64,000 bases of DNA from a virus (taxonomy: Duplodnaviria; Heunggongvirae; Uroviricota; Caudoviricetes). The position numbers were made by a program, and so were the translations under genes. The stretch lies in IMG/VR virus record IMGVR_UViG_3300048930_000283; one strand, 5' to 3'. The notes below the pieces were generated by a model, which saw only the letters and a program-made list of their open reading frames with translations, did not search any database and was not told the DNA's origin. Positions 10,042 to 18,002 of the stretch are shown in pieces (positions within the stretch are counted from its first letter, which is position 1; each line of letters begins with the position of its first letter).

Positions 10042-10308
10042 TTATCTTCCCTTCGTTGCCTTACGTTGTTCTTGTAGCATCATCTCTATCAGTCGTTCTT
10101 GACGAGCTTGACCTTCCATCATTGCTTTAGTACGTTCATCAATGCGCTCAGATTGCTTCTCAATAGTCTGCACTCTCTGTTGCGTCACTGCATTCTCTTT
10201 AACAACATCTTCTAAGGTAGTTATCTTACTCTGAGTTTGACCCCAAGCTATACCTGCAGTAAGTATAGCTACTAATAGAAACCAATGTTGTTTAAGCCAT
10301 TCAAGCAT
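10042..10308 (-). CDS. Holin-like small membrane protein
   Basis: N-terminal TM (WFLLVAILTAGIAWG) plus coiled coil. Confidence 0.5.
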   Translation of the reverse strand: MLEWLKQHWFLLVAILTAGIAWGQTQSKITTLEDVVKENAVTQQRVQTIEKQSERIDERTKAMMEGQARQERLIEMMLQEQRKATKGR

Positions 10309-10357
10309 AGAAATTAGGTGCCTTATTCTTAGTGTAACGATACGTTTCTACCATAAA

Positions 10358-10864
10358 TTACTTAACTGGTATAGGTACAATTGGTGGCCATCCTGCAGGT
10401 TTATCTATCTCTAAATGCAACTTTGTCTTATCTGCTAACTCTTCGGATGCTTTAATCTTATCATTTACTGTAGATCCAAAGATACTAGCAATAAGAGTAA
10501 TGACTGCAACAGCACCTGTTATCGTGTAAACCCATTTATCTACCTTTTTATCAACTTCACCAATTTTTTTTTCAGCCTCATCCTTGTTAGTCTGAACTTG
10601 TTTTTCTATTGCTTTAAGAATAGCACCAATGTCCTCAATCAGTCGATTGTGGTTCTTATCTCTTTCTTCAATGATCGTAACACGCTCCAGTATCTCAGTG
10701 ACCCGTTGGATATAAGTATCCATGGATTCTATATGTTGCTCAATGCCACTCACACGTACAGAAAACTCTTGTCTAAATGATGATTCTTCCTTGAAGTGCT
10801 CATCTAATTTATCAAACAGGAGTGCAATATCTTTATCGTAACTTCTTCGTTCAGCGTCAGACAA
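10358..10864 (-). CDS. Coiled-coil protein with C-terminal TM (holin-like)
   Basis: TTG start with RBS GAGGA; TM WVYTITGAVAVITLIASIFG. Confidence 0.5.
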   Translation of the reverse strand: MSDAERRSYDKDIALLFDKLDEHFKEESSFRQEFSVRVSGIEQHIESMDTYIQRVTEILERVTIIEERDKNHNRLIEDIGAILKAIEKQVQTNKDEAEKKIGEVDKKVDKWVYTITGAVAVITLIASIFGSTVNDKIKASEELADKTKLHLEIDKPAGWPPIVPIPVK

Positions 10865-10888
10865 TTTAAGTTCCTCTTATAGTTGTTG

Positions 10889-13030
10889 TTATTCGTGATC
10901 TAGTAACCTACCTTCTACGTAATCATTGACAAACTTTACTGCGTGTTTGTGCTCCAAGTTGTGCTTCTTCGCAATTGCTTTGTGTGCTTTGATACAGTGC
11001 ATACCAAGAGTATCTGCATCCATAGTACGATTCTTGTATTTATCTATGTGCTTGTCTAAGTGATCCCCTATATCAGTGTATAGTTGGGACATTTTGGATT
11101 CACTTAAGGTTTCTTCTTTTATTGGGTTACTATCATTGTGGCCTGCAGTCAATTTATTACCGGAAGAGGTCTTACCTCGCTTTAATGTTTCTGGTGTAGT
11201 ATAACCCATAATCTTTGCCGACTTAGTATGGGCAGTTGCTCTAACTAATTGGCCAGATTTAATCTTCTTTACGTTTTCGTTGTTGTCATCTAACCAATTA
11301 ATAGAATGATCGTCGTAACGAATGAAATTCTCATTAGTTTTTCTGACACCATGGTATTCCTTAAATGCACGAAATGCAGAATCTCGGTTAGTATGCCCAA
11401 ATTCCATATATGATTTTCGATGGTGATAAAATCCATATGACCCATTATCATGTCTCAAAATACTACCTAAATAATTACCACTGGTCGAGTTAATTTCTTC
11501 ATGCTCAGTATAATTAGGAGTGGACTCATCCAATCCTTTACGCATGATCTCCTTATTCTTAAGATCACTTGTCTTAGTACCTATAGGTAGTCTCTCGTCT
11601 CCCTTATCCTTAGGTTTGTCATGCTTAAATTTGAATCCTATAGGAAGTCTTTCATCGGTGTCGATTTCTTCTTGTATCTTAAATCTTCCATTAGGTACTT
11701 GTGTTTTGCTATGCTCATTATGTAGTTCATGCATTGCAGCTAATGCGTCTAGTTTAGCTTCATTGGAATGTCCATCATACATTCTCCATCCATCATCCGA
11801 CTTATAGTGTAATATACTATATCCATGTTTATGTTTGTTGATCTCACCGATTTTTTGCTTAGTTTTGCTATCAACGACAAATGATGTGGATTCCTCCAGC
11901 CCCTCCTTAACCAACTTATCGGTATTGATTTCCTCTCTCATTTCATCTCTTCTATCTCTCTTACCTAAATCATATTCATCCTGCCATTTTTTATGGTCAT
12001 TGGTTCCTTGTTTATGCGGGTTAAGTGGATGAGGTTTTTTATACAGGTCTCTATGAAAATGACCATATCCTAGAGTATAAGCATCATTTTCTTCATTCAA
12101 TATGCCACCATTTGGATTTTTTGGTTTATCATATTTACCCGCTGATCTAACCTGGTGAGTACTTACGGCTCCTATTTTTTTGTACTTCACATCTTGTTCA
12201 GTATCATTGACATTTGTAATATAGTGGACCCGCTTTTTTCCATTCTCAGAAGTATAGATGGTATGATTTTCTCTATGACCAAATACAGGATGATCTACAA
12301 TTGCTCGAGCATGATGAATTATCTTCCCCCCTGCAGCTTTTATCTTTTGCTTAATTGTTTCTGAAGTTTCACTTGGGGTTGACTTAAATGCAGACACTGT
12401 AAATGCTTCATCCAAACCACTACGAAGAATCTCAAGTTCTTCCTTCTTTAGTGGATCTGGGAGTCCGAGTTGTTTTCTTCTCTCTGCTGGAGATGGAATG
12501 GAAGGTAGTGGCTTATTGGATTCCTGCTGTTTTTTGATATAGTCAGAAAGTGTCTGACGTGCCTTGGAAGTGTCTTCCTTTAGATTCTTAAAGTGCCTAT
12601 TGATGTAGTCAGTCTTACCTGTCTTATAAGGTGTGTAGCCACCGTGCTCATTTTTTAGTGACTCACCTTTTTGGTGTGTCTTGATTATAGAAGCCCACTC
12701 ATGCTTTTCTCCCTTAGCATGCACGTGCATCTCATATCTATCGCCGTTGTCGAACGATTTGGAGCCCACTACGGTTTTTGCCTCAGCCAACTCAGTTTCT
12801 TCTTTAACCACAGCCTTAGGTACCTTGGGGTGTTTCTCAGGCATTGCAGTAGGGTGTTCATCTTTGTGGTCGATGACTGTTTTTGGTAGCTGTGTCTTAG
12901 GATCGGTGGACACCTTTGCCTTCTTGGACCTTAGCTTGTCAGCAAGATCACCCCAACCAGGCTTTTTACCTTCCAATTTATTCGCTTCGCCAGTCCAGCT
13001 TTCTAGGTACTCTTTGAATTTTTTGGTCAT
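10889..13030 (-). CDS. Putative internal head protein, multi-module, with capsid-targeting N-terminus
   Basis: MTKKFKEYLES; recurring LxE/EE linkers; K/H-rich modules. Confidence 0.65.
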   Translation of the reverse strand: MTKKFKEYLESWTGEANKLEGKKPGWGDLADKLRSKKAKVSTDPKTQLPKTVIDHKDEHPTAMPEKHPKVPKAVVKEETELAEAKTVVGSKSFDNGDRYEMHVHAKGEKHEWASIIKTHQKGESLKNEHGGYTPYKTGKTDYINRHFKNLKEDTSKARQTLSDYIKKQQESNKPLPSIPSPAERRKQLGLPDPLKKEELEILRSGLDEAFTVSAFKSTPSETSETIKQKIKAAGGKIIHHARAIVDHPVFGHRENHTIYTSENGKKRVHYITNVNDTEQDVKYKKIGAVSTHQVRSAGKYDKPKNPNGGILNEENDAYTLGYGHFHRDLYKKPHPLNPHKQGTNDHKKWQDEYDLGKRDRRDEMREEINTDKLVKEGLEESTSFVVDSKTKQKIGEINKHKHGYSILHYKSDDGWRMYDGHSNEAKLDALAAMHELHNEHSKTQVPNGRFKIQEEIDTDERLPIGFKFKHDKPKDKGDERLPIGTKTSDLKNKEIMRKGLDESTPNYTEHEEINSTSGNYLGSILRHDNGSYGFYHHRKSYMEFGHTNRDSAFRAFKEYHGVRKTNENFIRYDDHSINWLDDNNENVKKIKSGQLVRATAHTKSAKIMGYTTPETLKRGKTSSGNKLTAGHNDSNPIKEETLSESKMSQLYTDIGDHLDKHIDKYKNRTMDADTLGMHCIKAHKAIAKKHNLEHKHAVKFVNDYVEGRLLDHE

Positions 13031-13039
13031 TTTTATCTC

Positions 13040-13564
13040 TTAGGTTATTAATACAGAAAGGCATTCTTTCATTGGATGAATATCGTTTTTAGGTTTCACT
13101 ATAGTAAAGTGGGTTTCATGATTTCCAATAATTTCTTCACTGTGCTCAATTTCATGACCATTTTTTCTAGCTACTTTTTCAATAATTGGTTTTAACGCAT
13201 GGTGCATCTGCTTAGTTGCCGATATTTTTAGTGATCGGTTTTGATCTAAAACGTGCTCTTTAGCATACTTCATCATAGTACCGATAAATCTTGGTTTTGC
13301 GTGTTCTAGTCTAGGTTCACTTTCACCGGAACTATTATCTGCTGCAATATGATGTAATTCATGATACTTATTTCGTATTACATGAACTATATGTCCTTGA
13401 TCTTCATCCATTTTATATACTTTAACAGCACCAAATTTGTGATCTTTATAGTTGCTGTTAGTATTTAAATGCAGACGAACCTTCTCTTCCATTTTTAAAT
13501 CTCTAGAATAACCATATGGCTTGTCAAACAGCTCATAAAGGTACTCTTTGAATTTTTTGGTCAT
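13040..13564 (-). CDS. Putative internal head protein (CTS-like N-terminus)
   Basis: Start moved to MTKKFKEYLYELFD; TATAAATA directly upstream. Confidence 0.65.
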   Translation of the reverse strand: MTKKFKEYLYELFDKPYGYSRDLKMEEKVRLHLNTNSNYKDHKFGAVKVYKMDEDQGHIVHVIRNKYHELHHIAADNSSGESEPRLEHAKPRFIGTMMKYAKEHVLDQNRSLKISATKQMHHALKPIIEKVARKNGHEIEHSEEIIGNHETHFTIVKPKNDIHPMKECLSVLIT

Positions 13565-13589
13565 TTGTTTATCCAATCAATGTATCTTA

Positions 13590-13597
13590 TATTTATA
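13590..13597 (-). promoter_or_regulatory. T4-type late promoter TATAAATA
   Basis: Exact consensus, intergenic, 26 nt upstream of the 13564 start. Confidence 0.8.
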
Positions 13598-13664
13598 TGT
13601 TTTTGAAGTTAATGTATGGATATGTGCAAAACTTGCACAAACCACAGCAGCAACCCATTATTTT

Positions 13665-13740
13665 TCTAACTTATTGATAATGAAGATAAATTCTCACAAC
13701 ACAAAACTGCCTATTTTCACTTCATTATCAATAAGTTAGA
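13665..13740. repeat. Perfect 21-bp inverted repeat with 34-nt spacer
   Basis: TCTAACTTATTGATAATGAAG (13665-13685) and CTTCATTATCAATAAGTTAGA (13720-13740). Confidence 0.9.
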
Positions 13741-13769
13741 CACAATTTACTGAAAACCACAAAAGTTTT

Positions 13770-13973
13770 CTACTTTAGGTGTTGTTTAAGCAACCCCAGC
13801 ATATTCCTAACAACAGCATCTGGTTTAATGAATTTATCAACATTGGTTTCCTTGTTTCCATATTTTCGTTTTTCCCGTTGATACTCCTTTGCCTTCCATC
13901 CAACCGCATTACCAGCTGAATCTTTCTCCCATGCATCTTCATGTTCTCTAATGTACTCTTTGAACGTTTTCAT
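13770..13973 (-). CDS. Small putative internal head protein
   Basis: MKTFKEYIRE N-terminus. Confidence 0.65.
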   Translation of the reverse strand: MKTFKEYIREHEDAWEKDSAGNAVGWKAKEYQREKRKYGNKETNVDKFIKPDAVVRNMLGLLKQHLK

Positions 13974-14584
13974 TTTACCTTCTTCACCTTTCCTTCGTGA
14001 TCTACGTGATAAGCATGAAAATTTACCTCTGGGTACTCATGCTTAAGATTCAAAAAATGCTTCAGGTTATTATGTGAGTCATCATAGAAGTGAACGTTCT
14101 TGTATTTGCCTTGATCCAAGTACTTTCTAAGCACTACGTTCTTTTTCTCTCCAGTAGGTATTCCTTTGATATTGCCAGCACGGTGTATATGCATATCATC
14201 AACGTCAATTCCATGCTTGCGAAACTTGTTAAGTACAGGTTCTTTATCATCAAAGTCCTCTCTAGCGGTATTCATGATTATTTTGCTATCGTGACCACCA
14301 CGCTTAATGTTGGAGTGAATTGCCTTGATCTTATTCACCATTCTATGTATGGGCTTAGATTCATCGTGAAATTTCTTAGCATCTCTAAAGTCAGAGAAGT
14401 CATACTTATGACCTTTCTCTAGAGTGTGATCGTTGAACTCCTGATTGGTTAGAGACTTAATTCTCTTGCCTCTAGCATCAGTTACGTGTACTGCTGCAGT
14501 GGTCTTGAATAGAGTTTCGTCGATATCGAAGCAAAACAATTTGCTTTTAGCATTTTCTTCTAAGTATTCTTTAAATGTTTTCAT
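13970..14584 (-). CDS. HAD-superfamily phosphatase with CTS-like N-terminus
   Basis: MKTFKEYLEE; motif I FDIDET, motif II NTAR, K, motif IV FYDD. Confidence 0.8.
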   Translation of the reverse strand: MKTFKEYLEENAKSKLFCFDIDETLFKTTAAVHVTDARGKRIKSLTNQEFNDHTLEKGHKYDFSDFRDAKKFHDESKPIHRMVNKIKAIHSNIKRGGHDSKIIMNTAREDFDDKEPVLNKFRKHGIDVDDMHIHRAGNIKGIPTGEKKNVVLRKYLDQGKYKNVHFYDDSHNNLKHFLNLKHEYPEVNFHAYHVDHEGKVKKVK

Positions 14585-14865
14585 TGTAAAACACTATGCA
14601 ACTTATTATCTATATACAGATTATATTTAATTTTCTTGCCTGGATTGAGTCTTTTAATGTTCTCATGATGTTCTACAGCAGATTTCAAATCTTTAAAAGT
14701 TTTCTTTGCATCGTGCATATTACTCTCTGAACCATCAGCCTTCAATTTATGAAGATAAACAGTGTCGTTTAATTTAGTAATATCTTTTCTATGCTTCATC
14801 AGATCTGAGTGAGCATGCTTCCATCCTTTTATTTGTTCTTCTAAGTATTCCTTAAATGTTTTCAT
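14581..14865 (-). CDS. Small putative internal head protein
   Basis: MKTFKEYLEE. Confidence 0.65.
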   Translation of the reverse strand: MKTFKEYLEEQIKGWKHAHSDLMKHRKDITKLNDTVYLHKLKADGSESNMHDAKKTFKDLKSAVEHHENIKRLNPGKKIKYNLYIDNKLHSVLQ

Positions 14866-15326
14866 AGTCCCTGCTCAAAGTCCAGTCTCTTAACTACAGG
14901 TTTAGACCACTTAAGTGTCACTAAAGAATGAAAGTGTTCGAACTCAGATACAGTATTCATGAGGAAATAGTATCGAACATATCTTCCGAGCTCCTGCATC
15001 TTAGGGAATAGTCTAGTCTCGCCATCCTTCTTAAATCTATACTGAGAACCACTGACACCAACGAATTTAAGTGGCTCGGGTGTAACACTAAGTATAGGTG
15101 TTCTTCGAAGATCAACAAAAGTAGCAACCACTAAGAATTTCTTACCTCTTCGGAGATTCTTATTCAGAAAAGGAGAAATGAACGTTTCCACTTCTTCCTT
15201 ATCTTGATTGGTTAGTTCTTCCATTAGTGCTTCAGATAGTTCTTCCATCATAGTACTATCCATCTCAGACGAGTGCCAGCCTAAAGTTCTATGATCTTCT
15301 TCTAAGTATTCTTTAAAGGTCTTCAT
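14862..15326 (-). CDS. Putative internal head protein
   Basis: MKTFKEYLEE. Confidence 0.65.
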   Translation of the reverse strand: MKTFKEYLEEDHRTLGWHSSEMDSTMMEELSEALMEELTNQDKEEVETFISPFLNKNLRRGKKFLVVATFVDLRRTPILSVTPEPLKFVGVSGSQYRFKKDGETRLFPKMQELGRYVRYYFLMNTVSEFEHFHSLVTLKWSKPVVKRLDFEQGL

Positions 15327-15328
15327 CG

Positions 15329-16642
15329 TTATCTAGGGCGACCTAAGAAATTTGCACGGCTGAACGAATGTCTGCGAACTAACTTCAACGATCCACTGGC
15401 ACCAATTACCACATACCCCTCAGGTGTGGTTTCTTGCATACCTTCTGGAGTGTCGTAGAAATGTTTTATTTGTTGGTTTTTATCCAAGGTATCTATTATC
15501 TCATTCTTTAAATGTTGAATACCTGCGTGAAGACCGAATATTTGACTAATATTATCATGGTTGCTTTGCAGATGTGATACTTCCATGCTTAGTCTTGCTT
15601 GCTTCTTTTCCTTACCCGACTGTGACTTTAGCTTATTGATCTCTTTTCTTGCTTTCTCCTGATACCATTCTATGAAATCTTCTGCCTTAGGTTCAGTACT
15701 ACTCTTTACTGTTGCATTGATGTACTGCTTTAGTGTCTGACTGTTTGCCTTTGCGAAGTCTAGTGCTTCCTTAGATGTCTGATTGAATTGACTGCCTAGA
15801 GCCTTGATTCTATATGAAACATCTATGTCTGCTTGTGGTGACTGTATAGGGAGTGTGAATACGTCCTTGTGCTGCTTGTAGTCTGACTCCTGTGCTGGGT
15901 GTCTCTCTGGCTTGTTGAAGTCATGATACTTAGTGTGGATTGCTATACCAATCTTTGCCGCTGCTATTTTCCTACCCATTTCTGAGTCTACTGGGACTGC
16001 GTACTTGATTGTATTGGGTTTGAAGGTGTAGTAATCAGTGCCTTGGATATTTTCCTTCTTAATATCTTCTTTAGTGAATAATAGGTCACCCTGCAGAGTG
16101 GTTTTTGGTTGAATTTTATGGATATGTTTTAGTGCTGCCTTTAATTTTTCTACTAAACCCGGAGCATGACCGTGATTTAATTCAATATCTTCTTCTGTAT
16201 AATTCAGTTTAGGGGAATTATTAAATGCAGATTTAGTAGAAACCCAGTGTCTTGGTTCGGATTTATCTGATGATTTTGCTGGGAAGTCATAAATTGTCCC
16301 GAAAGTTAAACTAGGACTACCGTCCAACTTGACTACTAATTTTACTCTGTCGTCGTGGCCTTTCATCAGTGCTTCTATACCATGGAGATAGTTCAGAGCG
16401 TTTCTCACTCCTACCACTCCATTATTCAGTATCTCATCTTCCAGGTGCTCTAAGTGTACTAGTGGGGTTTCTCCTTTAGATGCGTGATAGGCATCCTTGA
16501 CCTTCCTCAACCAACCGAACTCTGAGTGATGTGTTACCTTGTTTCTGACACCATAACGACCAAAACCATAGTACTTTAGTCCTAGACGAACTGCTGCCTC
16601 AGATGCTGGAGATTCTTCTAAGTATTGTTTGAATGTTTTCAC
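15329..16642 (-). CDS. Ligase-like covalent nucleotidyltransferase (possibly DUF6267-type) with CTS-like N-terminus
   Basis: GTG start, MKTFKQYLEE; VKLDGS (motif I KxDG), LQGDLLF (III), PEGYVV (IV), LKLV (V). Confidence 0.65.
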   Translation of the reverse strand: MKTFKQYLEESPASEAAVRLGLKYYGFGRYGVRNKVTHHSEFGWLRKVKDAYHASKGETPLVHLEHLEDEILNNGVVGVRNALNYLHGIEALMKGHDDRVKLVVKLDGSPSLTFGTIYDFPAKSSDKSEPRHWVSTKSAFNNSPKLNYTEEDIELNHGHAPGLVEKLKAALKHIHKIQPKTTLQGDLLFTKEDIKKENIQGTDYYTFKPNTIKYAVPVDSEMGRKIAAAKIGIAIHTKYHDFNKPERHPAQESDYKQHKDVFTLPIQSPQADIDVSYRIKALGSQFNQTSKEALDFAKANSQTLKQYINATVKSSTEPKAEDFIEWYQEKARKEINKLKSQSGKEKKQARLSMEVSHLQSNHDNISQIFGLHAGIQHLKNEIIDTLDKNQQIKHFYDTPEGMQETTPEGYVVIGASGSLKLVRRHSFSRANFLGRPR

Positions 16643-17748
16643 GTTTGAATGCCCATTTTCTCTGAGGTTGTCTCATCTTTTGCTCGAAAATATATTTGAT
16701 GTGTCATCATAGAGTCCGAATCCATAGTAAATTCCGGCAACATATTATTATCCAATTTCATAATGTTATAGTAAATAACATTATTGGTCGCGTCTATAAA
16801 TATTTTCTTAAACTCATCTGTTGTTTTTGACCATTCCTCAATTGCTTTCCTGGGTGTTTTGTTATTCTTTCGGACAACCCCCTTACTCAATAGGTACGAA
16901 TATGCAATACCTGGTCCCGATTTTCCATCATTTTCATTAATAATTTTTATAACTTGAAATGCGTGCGACTTAGTTCGTTCCCACTTAGATAACAACCCAT
17001 TAGTTCGTAAAAGGTGCAAAATATCATTCGGCTTAACAGTATTGGTTTTTGAGCTAGAAACAACAGACTTCGCACTTATCTTTATATCCTTCTTACCATC
17101 ATAGACTATATAGTCAACTAAGGGATAGTTAGCTGCTTTAGGTAAAAATATATCATATTGATTTTTATCCTTATTAAATAAAGTATGCTTTCTATTGATT
17201 TGATATAAGGGACCTATCACCTCACTGAAGTTATTCCAAATAGTCTTCGGAATATTTGCCTTACCATATTCTTTAATTATTTTTGGTAAGAACTCTGTGG
17301 CATGTTGTTTTTCTTTAGCAGTTCCTGCAGCATAAAGAGTCATACCCCACGCAATATTACTGCTAATAGGACCAATTTTTTCCTCATTTTCTATTAGCGA
17401 GTTATATGTTGCCTTAACTAAATCATCATATCTCCATTTTACGTCAGTTAACCCTAAATTTTTTGGGGTCATATCAAAGTTCTTCTCACGCCCGGGTTTG
17501 GTTATAACCGAATAACTGATAGTATATATTTTTCCCCCATACTTAACAGTATAAAAATTACCTTCCTTCCCAGTATCGATAAATTCTACAGTACTACCAT
17601 TGTCGATAGTTTTAACAGTAGAACCACTTTTGGGATCCAATAGATTTATACCAGATCCCTTTTTATTTACTAATAACAGCGGAATCCCAGATTTACCTTG
17701 GAGATAATCTCTATATGCAGAGAATTCATTTAACTTCCTGCCTGCCAT
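16639..17748 (-). CDS. PD-(D/E)XK nuclease-like protein with SH3-like N-terminal domain
   Basis: NYPLVDYIV...IKISAK active-site-like pattern; TVKY GKIYTI SH3-like strand pattern. Confidence 0.55.
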   Translation of the reverse strand: MAGRKLNEFSAYRDYLQGKSGIPLLLVNKKGSGINLLDPKSGSTVKTIDNGSTVEFIDTGKEGNFYTVKYGGKIYTISYSVITKPGREKNFDMTPKNLGLTDVKWRYDDLVKATYNSLIENEEKIGPISSNIAWGMTLYAAGTAKEKQHATEFLPKIIKEYGKANIPKTIWNNFSEVIGPLYQINRKHTLFNKDKNQYDIFLPKAANYPLVDYIVYDGKKDIKISAKSVVSSSKTNTVKPNDILHLLRTNGLLSKWERTKSHAFQVIKIINENDGKSGPGIAYSYLLSKGVVRKNNKTPRKAIEEWSKTTDEFKKIFIDATNNVIYYNIMKLDNNMLPEFTMDSDSMMTHQIYFRAKDETTSEKMGIQT

Positions 17749-17760
17749 TTTTAGTACTAC

Positions 17761-17883
17761 TTATTCCCAAGTTCCATATTCTTTAAGTATACTAATTGTC
17801 TCTGAGATGATATCTATCTCGTCTTCCCTTTTATTAGTCACCAAATCGACTGCATCTTTAAAACTTTCCGTAATCATTGGCAT
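17761..17883 (-). CDS. 40-aa hypothetical protein (below ORF-track cutoff)
   Basis: MPMITESFKDAVDLVTNKREDEIDIISETISILKEYGTWE*, strong RBS AGGAGA. Confidence 0.6.
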   Translation of the reverse strand: MPMITESFKDAVDLVTNKREDEIDIISETISILKEYGTWE

Positions 17884-17938
17884 ATCCGTCTCCTATTGTT
17901 ATAACAAAATACACTATTAATAAAATACACTACTATAG

Positions 17939-17946
17939 TATTTATC
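17939..17946 (-). promoter_or_regulatory. Late promoter-like GATAAATA heading the CTS operon
   Basis: Directly downstream of a terminator, upstream of the 17883 start. Confidence 0.6.
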
Positions 17947-17948
17947 AA

Positions 17949-17980
17949 AAAGAAAACCCGACACATGTCGGGTTTTCTTT
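17949..17980 (-). terminator. Rho-independent terminator
   Basis: 14-bp perfect stem AAAGAAAACCCGAC/GTCGGGTTTTCTTT, 4-nt loop, U-tract; follows the modification operon. Confidence 0.85.
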
Positions 17981-18002
17981 CTAATCAGGAACTTAGATTG
18001 TA

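Noticed and set aside
13970-16642. Repeated TTCTTCTAAGTATT heads as a CRISPR array
   Set aside because: Spacing is irregular (hundreds of nt to over 1 kb), the repeats are coding 5' ends, and there are no cas genes; the Cas4-like nuclease at 26006 is a common phage exonuclease
17896-17932. 12-bp palindrome TTGTTATAACAA and a doubled AAAATACACTA
   Set aside because: Short and AT-rich, so plausible by chance; no function assignable
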